A stretch of DNA of 64,000 bases from Heteronotia binoei. Taxonomy: Eukaryota. The stretch is from the NCBI RefSeq assembly GCF_032191835.1, contig NC_083233.1, positions 34,968,001 to 35,032,000 on the forward strand, given 5' to 3'. Shown here in pieces: positions 38,609 through 50,836 of the stretch. The notes beneath the pieces were generated by a model. The model was not told the DNA's origin, made no database searches, and saw nothing but the letters and a program-made list of their open reading frames with translations. Both the position numbers and the translations under genes were made by a program. Numbering within the stretch: the first letter of the stretch is position 1; every line of letters begins with the position of its first letter.

Positions 38609-38767
38609 CATTCCAGTGTATTCCCAGCCTCCACACCATCTGGCCTCTCAGATGACCCACCATCATTATCGCCATCTCCAAGCTACGTGTGGTCTCCCAC
38701 AGCGCCTCCTCGGTATTCCCCGCCATATTTCCCACCCTTCGAAAAGCCGCCTCCATACACACCATGA
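38609..38767 (+). CDS. TMEM255A: TMEM255A last coding exon (159 nt incl. TGA)
   Basis: ttgcag| HSSVFPASTPSGLSDDPPSLSPSPSYVWSPTAPPRYSPPYFPPFEKPPPYTP*. The nine exons total 975 nt = 324 aa + stop, all phases compatible. Confidence 0.96.
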   Translation, partial: HSSVFPASTPSGLSDDPPSLSPSPSYVWSPTAPPRYSPPYFPPFEKPPPYTP

Positions 38768-40298
38768 AAGGAATAGGAGCTCTGCCACTGGAACTCGTGG
38801 TGAATTTTTTGTACCAGGGGAGGGGAGAGCACAGACCATTACATTGCATACATAGAAATACAAAACGGGGACATGATGGCACTTCCTCTTGGTAGGCTGT
38901 GCCTGGGAAAGACACGGATGCGATTTAATGGCACTGAAAAAGTACAGCTCCTGAATCAGGCATCTGCTTTTATTCCTTTATTTTAACAATGTGGATAATG
39001 GCTGCTCTTGACTCTTTAGGAAGATGCTGTCTGGGGGACTTGGTTTGAAAAAAATGAAGAGAAGGACCTACAGTTGCCTTAGGTACTTGGCATTTTGGAA
39101 AGGAGCTTCTGAAGTGTGTTCTTGATTTCCTTTGTCCTCTTTGCCAAAAGGTGTACAAAGCCTGCAAGCAGAACACCTGCCAGTTTACAATAGAAGTTAA
39201 TAGGCCACATCAGTTAAAGGGAGAGCCAAAGAATCTAGCATTGTGTAAAACAAGTGCTCTGAACTGCTGTGAGAGAAGAATGTTCTGCAATATACGTGGC
39301 CTTAGTTGTATGCACTGAAAATGGGCCCTAGAAAGGGAGCTGCTGAAGGGTGGGGCTGCCTGTAAGAGGCATCTCCCTGATTTTCTGCAATCAAATGTGT
39401 AATTTTGTTATCGTGCCACTACAGTGCTGTATACTGACATCTAGGATGCATCCATATGCCATTGGCTATTGCACCATCATTGCACTATAGCCGTCCCTCA
39501 CAGTCGAATTTTTCTGGGTGGAGAAGGCAATCCAGTCACAAGTGATTGTTCTCCTGCCACATTCAACCATGTGTGGCTGCAATCTGACAAGTATTACAGC
39601 ATAGTGAGAAAACAAAGGCTGCTTTGCGCATAAAATTGTATTTATGCTGCATGTTATGTAACCTTTATTTTCCTGTGTAGGTTTTTCAGTATGTCAAAGG
39701 GTTAACAGGTGTTACACTAAAAACATTATGTCCCCTTCAACAGTATCAGAAATACCAGGCACCACAGTGGAAGGTGGCACATGATGTGCATTAAATCGTT
39801 CCTCGATCTGCATGCAGAAGTTGTCCACTGTTTGTCTGAAATGAATGCCACCTTCCTATTGTGAGTCTCTCAGGAAGTAGGGTTCCAAAAACAGAGTGCC
39901 ATTGTCTTCAGAAGCGTGCAGCTTGACCTAACCTTAACGCATGCGTGCATTCTTCAGAATGTGATCAGCTTTATACTGTATGCCATTGAGTCCTCTGTTA
40001 GTATAGCTCTCTGGCAGTTGATGTCTTTCAATTCGCACCTCTACTAAATATTTGAAGGGACACATGCTGAAGAGCCATGGTCAGTTCTGGTTCCTAGGCA
40101 GATGTCCACTATAGGATCAATTCTAAACAAGTTCACTGAGAAGTTCCATTTAATTCTATGGGGGGTTCCTCCCAAGAAGGTTTAGGATTGAAGCCCATGA
40201 TTCTTCTTCATTACATCGAAATAGACCACTAGAAAAGCAGACCTGGACAAATGGCAAACTTGGCTACCGTCTTATGAGAAGCGGCAAGCAGCCCCCAT

Positions 40299-40985
40299 CA
40301 GTGTTCCCTCTAAACTGAGTTAATGTGAGCTAGCTCACAGTTTTTTAGCCTCCAGCTCACCCATTTTTGTCTTAGCTCAGGAAAAATGGCCCCAGAGCAA
40401 ACTACTTTAAGCAGTAGCTCACAGCTTTAATGCCAATAGCTCACAAATAGGGTTGCCAAGTCCAATTTAAGAAATATCTGGGGAGCCAGGAGACATTAGG
40501 GGTGGAGCCAAGATCAAGGCTGTGACAAGCATAATTGCTCCAAAGGGAGTTCTGGCCATCATATTTAAAGGGACGGCACACTTTTTCAATGCCTTCCTTC
40601 CATAGGAAATAATGAAGGATAGGGGCACCTACTTTTGGAGCTCATAGAATTGGATCCCCTGATCCAATCTTTTTGAAACTTGGGGGGTATTTTGGAGAGA
40701 AGTACTAGATGCTATACTGAAAATTTGGTGCCTCTACCTCAAAAAACAGCCCCCCCCAGATACCCGCGGATCAATTCTCCATGATTTTCTATGGGAACAA
40801 ATCTCCATAGGGAATAATAGAGTTCCCAGCAGACATTTCCCTCCCCTCCCCCCTCTTTCTGACGATCCTGAAGCGGGGGGAGGGCCTCCAAACCAGGGGA
40901 TCCCCTGCCCCCACCTGGGGATTGGCCACCCTACTCACAAATAGAATTTTTGCTCACAAGACTCCACAGCTTAGAGGGAGCATTG
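40299..40985. mobile_element. hAT MITE (CAGTGTTCCCTCTAA family) with nested element
   Basis: TIRs cagtgttccctctaa...ttagagggagcattg. TSD GCCCCCAT/GCCCCCGT (7/8). Confidence 0.88.
40448..40933. mobile_element. Nested hAT element (TAGGGTTGCCA termini)
   Basis: TIRs tagggttgccaa...ttggccacccta. Perfect 8-bp TSD CTCACAAA (40440-40447 / 40934-40941). Confidence 0.9.
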
Positions 40986-42264
40986 GCCCCCGTGTGTGTC
41001 TGGGGTGGCTTTCAAGAGCCAGTTGGATTTTAAGGGCAACTTAGGAACTAATGATCTAACTAACAGGATGCTGGCTCCTGATTCATTGATGTTTGTAAAA
41101 TTTGTTTTAAAAAAATCTTTTTGCTGCTCATGCACAGACAGCTTTTAGTTCCATGGTCATAAAATCAGGAATGGTTTGATACAAGGCTTTGCTGATGTCC
41201 TAGATCGAGCCTTGTATAAAATAAGAGACTTTCCCTTTCAAAATCAGACACTGCCATTGGGCTGGATGGGCAGGGGGAGGGAAATGGGCCTAGGTCCAAA
41301 TCCCCACAGAGCTGGCTGCCTGTGGACAAACCTTGTAGACTAACCTACTTCAAAGATTTGGGGGAGGTACAAGGAACATAAATGTATCTTTCCCTGAGTG
41401 CTTGAAATGAGGTGGGAGGACGAATAAAAGAACCCATGGGAAACTTTATCCATACAGTAGCATGACACTTTGAACTGCTGTATTTAATCCCATTTGTCTG
41501 CAAAATGTGTATCCATAAGGAAGCTTAGGTTTGCTGTCAGAATGGTGACTAAAACTGTTTTCACACCAGTCTCTTCCCACCACCCCCTTATACATGGCTT
41601 AACAAGCAGGTTTTGTATTGAGTAATAACTGAGGTTTGATTTAAATTCCACACTAGCGAGGCAAACAGCTTTCCTATGTGATTTAGCATGGGCTCTGAGA
41701 GTCTCATCCAAGTGTGCCGCAACCTGTACAAAGCAGCTATGGGCATGCCAGATAACCGTAGCCCTTGTGGCTATTATGCTGGCATGCCTTCTAAGCATAC
41801 ACAACTGCTTGTGCATTTTAATAGTTTAAAATGAAATGTTAATTCTGTGCAGATGTCTTGCCTTTGCCAATGTCACGTTTATATCATGCATCCAGCCAGT
41901 GACTCTTGTACTCTCAAGAGAGGGGGGGTGGCACAATCCAGAGTTAAGCATCCCTAAACTCATTCACATTAGTTAGCTTAAGGGTACTTAATTTGCGATT
42001 GGGTTGCAGCTAGAGACCTCTGGTGCTGTTGATGCAAAAGAAAGGGAGTGAATGAGTTGTGCATAGATGTTTACCAAACTACTTGAGGGCCCAGTCTTTG
42101 TTTCTGGAACTCATGGATTGCTGTGTGAGCAAACTATGGATCCCCCAACCCTAATGAAGAGGAAGCCTCACTTGTGCAGTCTTTGGCATGAGCATTGCAG
42201 CTTCTGGGTACGATCCAGCACAGGTAAACATGTTTGCATCCAACAAGGCAGAAATGCTCCTTGC

Positions 42265-42498
42265 CATGACCTGGATGGCCCAGGCAAGCCTGATCTCTCA
42301 TCAGATCTGGGAAGCTAAGCAGGGCCAACCCTGGCAAGTACTTGGATGGGAGTACCAGAAGTCAGGAGGCAAGGGCAGGCTTTATTCAGCCACCTCTCTG
42401 AATATCCTCCATACCCGCATTAGAGGTCAGTCACCAGAAGTCACCATGACTTACTTTGAAACATGTGTACACACACACACACAAACACACACACACCC
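42265..42498 (+). mobile_element. 5S rRNA-derived SINE with (CA)n tail
   Basis: 42289-42356 gatctc..tcagatctgggaagctaagcaggg...ctgg..agtacttggatgggag matches the 5S internal control region, followed by a non-5S tail and (CA)n. Confidence 0.75.
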
Positions 42499-42898
42499 CA
42501 AAAAAAGAGAAGTGCTCCTCCATGGGAGCAAAAGTCAGTTTGCCATAAATTGCAGGTGAACCTTCTTGTGAAGCTGCAAAGAACTGAATGGACTGTTGAG
42601 ACAAGGTGCACCAAGGCATCACGCAAGCCTGGATTTTTCTCTCCAAAGTTGTGCCACATGCATTGCTACCCTGAAAACGACCCCAAACTGTTGTGTGCAG
42701 CAAAAGCATTTTAAAAAGCCTTTGTTCAGAAATTTATTTAATGGGTATAATTTACCACAACACTCCCTCCAACTCAATTTTGTGTTATTCACATCAATGG
42801 AGCTTTATGGAAACATTTTAATGACTGCCTGGACCACTTTCATCTTTCCCCACGAGTATCACCGCTTCAGAAAATAATCATAGGAAGCTGCCTTACAG

Positions 42899-43072
42899 AG
42901 AATCCATTTGACTCAGTATCATTTTTGACTTGCGGTACAGGTCTCCAAGGTTTCAGGTAGAGAAGAGTCCTCGCTGCCTTGTCACCCAAGACCCTTTGAC
43001 TGGATAGGCCAGGGATTGAACCTGGAACCTTCTGCATGCAAAACACTTGCTCAACTGCTGAGCCATAGCCCT
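42899..43072 (-). mobile_element. tRNA-derived SINE, second family
   Basis: Minus head GGCTATGGCTCAGCAGTTGAGCA...GGTTCAATCCC (A/B boxes). Confidence 0.72.
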
Positions 43073-44296
43073 TCCTGGGCTTTTATCCCCTCCCCATCTT
43101 CCTAAAATTGATTAAAGTGTTAACATCTTGTGTGTTTAGGAGTCATCACAAAAGCAATTTGTAGAAATGTTGGAAGGATAGCAATGCATTACTGAGGTAT
43201 ACAGCATACTTGCAAAAGGTCATTTTAATGGTAGTTTGCAGATGCAATAATAGCATCTTTGTTGCTTTTAAAGGGACAGGGAAGGGGGCTCAAACTAGCA
43301 TTTTCTTTTGTCAGCTTTCTGCAAAAATGTATGCATTCAAATGTAAATACAGGAGCTCTGTCTGTTTCCATCTTTAAATCCATTTTGTGTGACAATGTAA
43401 TGAGAACATGAGTCATGTACCCTTGGGATAATTTATAAAATGAAAATAAAAGTGGTAAGAGTTTTGTTTATAAGTTTAATGATTTAACAGTTTGCTGGTT
43501 CTTAAGTTCTTATCTACTGGGTGAAAAAGGAAGCCACCAGAGGACTTGGCCATTCAAATGCCACAGGGCTCCTCAGTCCCATCCACAAGCAGAGCAACAG
43601 AAAAGTTAGCACCATGCTCTGTATCTTGTGTGCTGGAAAAATTTACCTAGTTCATAGTGTCTTGGGTTGAATTAAATTTAGCTGCTGGTTTTCCAGATCT
43701 GATAAGGACGGATATGGGAATCAGGAAGCAAAGACTATTCTATTATCAGGAAAATCTAATTAATTTCATGTCATGCATGTACAGCCAATTCTTTGTTTTC
43801 CTTCCTAATTTCCTATATGGTGTGCAGTTAGTTTAAGGGCTCCTAGTTTGGTGTTGGATACTGGGGGTCTCAGTGTGTCCCTATGGTGCATTCTCAGTTC
43901 ACATGGGACAACTGGAGTTCAGCAGGCCCAGGCAGTAGCCCACGGGAACTACATAGACAAGATCCTGTGCTACAGAAGTTCCTCAGGAAAGCTCCATGGA
44001 AAAGTCTCCCTAAAGAGGAAACTTCAGAAACCTTTGTAAACAAGTAAAATGAAGAGAAGTATACTGAGCTGGATCAACATGTCTCTAACCAGCAACTCCA
44101 CTGCACATGCAGCAGTTGCAGGTGAGTATCTGAATCCCCCAGAACAAGATGAGACTGTCTTTTGATAGGCACTACTAATCTGGGCTCACCACTTGTTACA
44201 TGCAGCAAGTTGCCCACTATGGTTGGGCCACTGTGTAGATACAAGGGCAAACTGAATGAGACATTAACACCCTACACAAAGATGAGTTTGAAAGGT

Positions 44297-44302
44297 TTTA
44301 TT
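44297..44302 (-). terminator. Candidate ZBTB33 polyadenylation signal (alternative at 44690-44695)
   Basis: AATAAA on minus followed by a GU-rich tract, ~3.6 kb downstream of the ZBTB33 stop, at the end of a repeat-poor AT-rich block. Confidence 0.4.
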
Positions 44303-47300
44303 GTTGGACCACAAGCCTTTGTTTCCTCTAGTATTATCTTTTTTCTACTGAGCAGAACAATTCACATCCTGACCAGAATTTAACTACTGTAATCTTAAAA
44401 TGGGCAATGGCCAGAGCAAAATCCTGTGTAGCTCCAGAAAGCTGCTTGAGCAGGGCTTCTTTTGTTAATGAATGGCTACTCACATACACAACTTAGAGGG
44501 AACACCACCTATAAACGAATACTCTGCCTTTCAATTTAGAACTACAAGGTTTGTACACTTGCAAGAACCCAAGTCTGCCTTCTCACAGAAAACCTTCAGA
44601 AAAGTCACCAGCTACTCAAAGGCAGTCCCAAACGACAGATGTCTTGTGCTCAAGAAGAAACTTTTTGCACCTTGGTAGAATTAAAAGCTTTTATTTTTAC
44701 CATACAAAGTTCTAAGAACTAAGGTCAAGTATCAGTTAATGAAAAAGCAAAACACAATTCCTAGAAGGCATGTAAAGGAAAAGACTGTACAAGTTATATA
44801 CATTACAGTACTGTATTGGTTTTGTTTCTTTAAAAAAGTAATGCTTCAGCATAGCTCAGTAGAAACCATTATGGAATAACCCACTGCCCTCTCTTGCATC
44901 TTTTTAAATAAATGTATACTTTGATAGGAAATAAATAAGCATTGTTGATTTTCCTCCAGAACTGGAATGCTGTGATAAAATTCTTATTTTAGCAGAACTC
45001 ATAAAGAAAAACTTGTATTTTGCCCCCATGAGCATTATTTACCTGGAGCTAAGAGGTGTTCAACTCTTTAGGCAGACTGAAGTGCTGAAATTCTGAATTG
45101 TACTACTTCATTTGCAGGAGAGGCAAAACATAGTTTTGAATGCCTCTTCCTTCCAGACCAACCTGCACGCAGTAAACCAGCATACAGCAAAGCTGTGCTA
45201 AACCTTTTTACCCTATGCACAGGAATTTTGTTTAAGTAGATCACCATTCAAAATTGTGGATACAGTCAAAAGTCTAGATGACTCAGAGTGCAGTAGAACA
45301 TATTTGGAAACAAATGAAATAACAAATGTGTACTTCTAAGCAGAGCGCATTTGGAATTGGCATGTCAAGATACAACAACGATTATCAACCTGGGCTTATA
45401 TTTGCTATAGGATTTCTGTTGAATGCTGCAAGTGAGTATTTATTAGTTGTGTATATATGCATTTTTAGCTTTACAGTTTATGTAAAACGTTTTCTTCCCA
45501 GAGCCATTTGTCTTAATATTTACAGACGGGTGAACAATGAGACAAGAAGCAAAAGCTTAAAAAAACAATTCTACAAAAACAGAAGACAGACAGTTAATGT
45601 ATAAACCAACATGGTGTCACTTAAAAGGTAAGGTATGGAAAAGGTCCAGCATAATTCAACCCCATAAATACTGGAAGCAACAGATTATTAAAAATATAGA
45701 AACACTTGGTAAGAATCCTTAACTCTGCATACTGAAACCTGCTTCCTAGGAAAGGCTTCGGCACCTGAGATGCATGCAAGGTTGAATCTTCTAGCAAAAG
45801 CACACAGCTTTGAACCCTATTTTTCCAGTTTTCCTTTAATAGAAAGGACACCTTCAACAGACACTGGTTTTTAAGAAGTCTCAGTATGTATTATCAATAA
45901 CCAGTATTTTCTAGAAATAGAGCATGCCTAGCTTCAGATTTGACATGCACGAAATAATACATCAACCTCCTTTTCTAATGAGTGGTAGGGAACTTTCATT
46001 TGTTGTGGGCAAGTAATATTGGTCTCCCTAAGACAGGTCTTACGTCATAAACGTCAGTTGATGCTTCAAAACAGAAACTTTCATATGCTCCATTTATCTG
46101 GGAGCATACACGACGTCACTTCAACTTGTTAACCAAATTTAGAAAATTTCACAGATCAATGATTTAAACATAAAATGCCAATTTTAAAGCATAATTTTCA
46201 AAATGATTTTTCTTTAAAAATAAAAAAATGCCACCCATACACAAGTGCAATCTGTCAAGAGAACAGAGGAGCTGCATTTTTACACCTTACACAAACAAAT
46301 TTACTTTTCTTTCATTACTACAAACACTGATTTCTGACATCCTTTCATCATACTTGTTACTTGTGACTCATTTGTGACTTACAACAAAATTTTCATTTTT
46401 GGCCAGAAAAAAGCAGTTTTAGAAAGAAAGAAAAAGAAAGTCAAGGAATGATTACTTGGAACATGAAAAAATGTTTATTTTCAAAATGTGAAAAGGAGGG
46501 AGGAAATCCTACGTGAAGGAAAGAAGAAACTGAACAGCAACCCACGGATTGCTAACCTAATTCTATTCACCACCACAACCTTTTCAGTCCTCTATAAGGG
46601 CTTTTTCACATTATAAAATATACAAAAATTCAAGTTGCTGCTCAATGGAAAATGTTGACTAATTAACTGGTAAGCAATTGACACTCAGTGCTACCATTTC
46701 TTGCTCATGTTGACCTTTTTTTTTTTTTTTTGCTATTACCAATGCACCTAAAAGGGGAAGATCAATTGGTGAGGATGCTTATGTCCTATGTGAACCTGTT
46801 AGCATATACCTTGATTTTTCAAAGGAGTCCAACTGATGCGATAATTCTTTTAAAAAACCCTCCCACCTAAGTGTGAAAGCTTTAACTCACCTCAAACTAA
46901 CCAAAACTGTAAAATAAATTCTATAAGGATCTGAAACATCATTTGCAGTGCTTAACTTTGGGATTCAGTTTCTGCAGCCATCAGCTATAAAACTATATTT
47001 GTCAAAGACTTTTCCCAAAACAGGAAAACAGCAACATAATTAAACCATTAACATACTTGCAGTAAAAAGGCAGGCCAACATAATTCCTCAGCATTTGGGG
47101 GGAAAGATGGCAAACTGCTTTTCTTCAGTGTCATTTGACATTTTGATTGACAGGGCCCCTTCAGTACTATAGGAGACAATACAATGGTCCAGCCACTGGG
47201 ATATATATAAAGTCCAAGTATTACTTGATGAGTTTACCATACACTGAGAATTTTCAATCTCCAAGTGTGCAAGCTTACATCATGAGCATTTTCATGAAGA

Positions 47301-47908
47301 TAAAATGGTAGTTTTGGAACTGAAGAACAAAAATGCCACTTTAAAAAAAAGGTAAGTGATTTATGGGCAAGGTTACTGGACCCTCACAGCACTGCACCAA
47401 CCACTAAAGAGTGCATTTGTTTCTATTCAAAGAAAAAAGTATTCTAAACTTCCAAATCTATATTGAGACTATGTGTAGTCTCAAGTGTTAACAGTGAAAC
47501 AATTTTCAGCATTAAAGTGCTAATATGAAAGGATTACATAATAAGTGGTTCAAGCGGCAAGAAACATCCCCATTGTTATGCAAGTACTTAGGGAAGGATC
47601 CCATTTTTGTAAAGGATCGATACTTTTCAAACTATGTCTTTGCAAATTTTTATCCATGATAATGAGCTAAGCATATTAACAGTTAACTTCCCTGGAAATG
47701 CCTTTTACTGTCTTCAAGTAAGTTTTCTTTTTCTGACCATTTTTTGCAGCAACATTACCTGAAGCTTACACGTATTCTAGCTTTAAAATACTATCTTTTG
47801 CTGACTAGGTACAATAAACTGATTTGCTATGAGATGTTCTAAAACAGCAGCCTGTTCAAAATGAATTTTACCCTCCTCCCTATGAAATGTTTCTGTCAAG
47901 ACATAATT

Positions 47909-49936
47909 TCAATAAGATTCTGGTATTACAAACTCAAATTCAGTACTACCATCAGATGGGTTTTGTTTAAAAAGTGATTCGTTTCCTTGCGGAACAAAGA
48001 TATCATCCCAGGTCATTGGCTTTGCCGGAGGGGTGGGTGTTGGTTCTTGGGAGGCATCTTTTATGGGGACAACTGGATATGCAAGATTATTGTCATTTAC
48101 CATTGGTATTTTGTTGGCACCACCTGAAATATAAGCGTAATTTCTGATCTGCAAGGACCTACAAGGATGCAAACGATACAGCTTGGACTCTCCAGAAGGG
48201 TCCTGGCTATGGACTGATCTTAGATGTGTAGCCATGACCTGATAGTTGATAAAACACTGGCCACATGCCAAGCACTGGTACCTTCGCTCTCCAGTGTGAT
48301 GTATTTCATGCTTGGTGCGGTATTCCGCAAGAGCGAAAACCTTATCACAATAGCGACATGGATATTTCTTTTCCCAGGAATGAACATTAAAATGTCTACG
48401 CAAACTTGTTAGACAAACGTAGGATCTTCGACACACGATGCAGATATAATAAACCTTTCCATCCATTATGAGCTCATAGTGGTCGTCGTGTTTCACTTTT
48501 AGACGCTTTCTATTTGCAGGATCATCCCCTGATGTTCTGGGCACATCGTCAAGCCTGACTTCTCCATCAGCCTCATCTTTCACCGGAATGACTATGTCAT
48601 AGGTATCTTCACCAATATTTGCATAAACCTTGCAACCAGTAGACAAGCCTTCTATTTCAGCAGCTGTATCTAAAGTTATGGTCTTCTGGCCTTCCACTAT
48701 GTGTTTTGGGGCAACGCTTGCTGCAGAATCTTTGTTGCTTCCAGAAAGAACATCTGAGATTTTCATTTTGAATTCTGTGGCAGGGGCAGGTGGTTCTTGT
48801 GGAAAATTACTTACTTGCTTCTTCTGTACTCCTGTAGTCTCCGTTGCAGCAGGTTTGGGGGTAGTGGGCTGCTGAACCAAAGAGCTGCTGCTTGCAGACC
48901 CTGGGCTGGATGAACCAAGGATGTCATCATCGTCTTCCACATCCTCATCATCCTCTTCCTCCTCGTCAATGGCATTTGTTTCCATGTCAGTTAAGGAATC
49001 GTTGTTAGACGGCTGCTGATTCTCCTCAGGTATAGGAGAGACCTCGATTTCATGTGACGAACCAACATCTGGTGAAGTACTGATCTGTGACTGGTTTAAC
49101 ATAAGGACATTAGAAGTCACAGGTTTTGGAGCGGAAGGGATATGCGGTTCCGCAGACACGTGGTTTTCAATCAGATTTGGCTGAGCAGTAGGTAAGTCGG
49201 GTCTTGGAGCTGACCCTACAGATGGCGGAGGAGGAGAACCAGCGCTGTTACAGTTTGTTTGGTCGGAGCCCCCAGTAGGGTTGGGAGAAGGCTGGTTCTG
49301 TGTGACAGATTTGGTCTCCTGAGACCGATCCTTTGGAGGCACAAGCTCTGCGCAGAAGATGACATCATCATCATCAGAATCACTAATAGTAATCTTTGTG
49401 GTATCACAGTCCTCCCCATACAAAGAAAATGATTCAGTTATAACAGGTTGGCCAGCAATCAGGTTTTGACTCCCAAACTGCCCCAGAGGCTTTTGGGCTT
49501 CAAGGCTATTTGCATCCAAAATGGGCTGTTCCAAAGCGTTAGGCATGACACCCCCTGCCATGTTTCTCACCTGCTGCAGAGGAGCACCCAGTTCAGCAAG
49601 AAATTTAACTCCAAGCAACTGCCCGGATTTGATTAATTCATCAAGCAAGTCTGATCTTACTCTGACTATTCTGGAACTGTAGATGTAGTTGAGAATTTCT
49701 GCAAAAATCTCTGCTCTTATGAAGTTCAACTCCACCACTTGTCCTGCAACTGAGAAGAGCTGGTGAAAATAAGCGCTTGATGCTGAAAGGACATTTCTGT
49801 GAGCTCGAAATTTCCGATCTTCCACAATAACTGTAACATCACAAAAAACTCCAAGGCTACGTTGCTCATCCAAAGCCTTTAACAGCATACCAGAGTACTG
49901 GTTGTCTGTTGCGGTAATTAGCTTTCTGGTCTCCAT
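47909..49936 (-). CDS. ZBTB33: Transcriptional regulator Kaiso, 675 aa, single coding exon
   Basis: METRKLITATD...BTB/POZ (FCDVTVIVEDRKFRAH), acidic tract, NLS-like PANRKRLKV, three C2H2 fingers (CIVC...H, CRYC...H, CLAC...H) with LAEYR, C-terminus STEFEFVIPESY. Acceptor tgtag|GA-ATG at 49938. Confidence 0.98.
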   Translation of the reverse strand: METRKLITATDNQYSGMLLKALDEQRSLGVFCDVTVIVEDRKFRAHRNVLSASSAYFHQLFSVAGQVVELNFIRAEIFAEILNYIYSSRIVRVRSDLLDELIKSGQLLGVKFLAELGAPLQQVRNMAGGVMPNALEQPILDANSLEAQKPLGQFGSQNLIAGQPVITESFSLYGEDCDTTKITISDSDDDDVIFCAELVPPKDRSQETKSVTQNQPSPNPTGGSDQTNCNSAGSPPPPSVGSAPRPDLPTAQPNLIENHVSAEPHIPSAPKPVTSNVLMLNQSQISTSPDVGSSHEIEVSPIPEENQQPSNNDSLTDMETNAIDEEEEDDEDVEDDDDILGSSSPGSASSSSLVQQPTTPKPAATETTGVQKKQVSNFPQEPPAPATEFKMKISDVLSGSNKDSAASVAPKHIVEGQKTITLDTAAEIEGLSTGCKVYANIGEDTYDIVIPVKDEADGEVRLDDVPRTSGDDPANRKRLKVKHDDHYELIMDGKVYYICIVCRRSYVCLTSLRRHFNVHSWEKKYPCRYCDKVFALAEYRTKHEIHHTGERRYQCLACGQCFINYQVMATHLRSVHSQDPSGESKLYRLHPCRSLQIRNYAYISGGANKIPMVNDNNLAYPVVPIKDASQEPTPTPPAKPMTWDDIFVPQGNESLFKQNPSDGSTEFEFVIPESY

Positions 49937-50732
49937 TCCTACAGCAAGAATATAAAGAGAAGAGGCGTCAGATCTCTCTGCAACAGAACAGTCCGTGAAC
50001 ATTCAGAATAAGTGTGCCTTATTTTAAAATATCCTCATGCACAGTCCAGGCAGGCCACAACATGTACAAAGACCTAGTCAACATGGCTCCTTATTGGGCT
50101 TAAACCAATATTGGAATATTCTAAATTGGAATACCAATACCAATTCATTATGTGGTTAATTTTGCTTAGAAATCTATAACACCTCAGTACTGAAAGAGAT
50201 CTTAATGGTATTTATTTCTGCTTAGGGCTGCAGTCCTACCTAACACTTGAAAATAAATTCAATTAAAATGAGTGTGTCCATATTGCAAAAAAAGGTTCAT
50301 AAGCCCAAACAACATACACCTTAATGAGAAAAATATCTTAATCACATTGTTAGAATAACAAAGCAGCACTTACAGTTTACAACAAACCAACAAGTGAAGC
50401 ATTACAGAAGGGAGGGATGCTCCCATTAATATCTGAGGTAAAAAGTCTGGGTTTTACACTGCAATCCTAATGACACATTCCTGGGAGCAAGCCCCACTGA
50501 ATACACTGCAGTAGAATTCAAAGTAGACCTGCTTAGGATTGCTCTCTTAAACTCTGTGAATAATGACTATCTCTGATCACACCAATCTAATCTCAATAGC
50601 TCCTTTTCTTAACAAAAACACAGGTAGCAGGAGAGGGGGAACACTTGAAGGAGCGGGGGGGGGGGAATATGAAGCCAAACACTGTCCATGAAACTTAACT
50701 TCCTCCAGAGCTAACTTGCAAAAATGTTGATA

Positions 50733-50836
50733 GACCCAGGTGGATAGCCGTGTTGGTCTGAAGCAGTAGAACAATGCAGGAGTAAAGTAGCACCTTTAAG
50801 ACCAACAAAGTTTTATTCAGAATGTAAGCTTTCGTG
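50733..50836. mobile_element. Penelope-like element terminal-repeat fragment
   Basis: gatagccgtgttggtctg...gtagcacctttaagaccaac...taagctttcgtg, recalled as a sauropsid PLE repeat. Related degraded copy at 60079-60153. Confidence 0.6.

Noticed and set aside
42289-42356. Functional 5S rRNA gene
   Set aside because: Partial, diverged, and followed by a SINE tail instead of the 5S 3' end and T-run.
43010-43072. tRNA genes here and at 10500, 19830, 54040 and 63010
   Set aside because: A/B boxes only, no complete cloverleaf, and each continues into a SINE body.
39000-43500. TMEM255A polyadenylation site
   Set aside because: Several AATAAA/ATTAAA hexamers are present and none can be singled out without transcript data.
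49937-50002. First 22 codons of the 697-aa ZBTB33 ORF
   Set aside because: This is the polypyrimidine tract and acceptor of intron 1. Homology starts at METRK.
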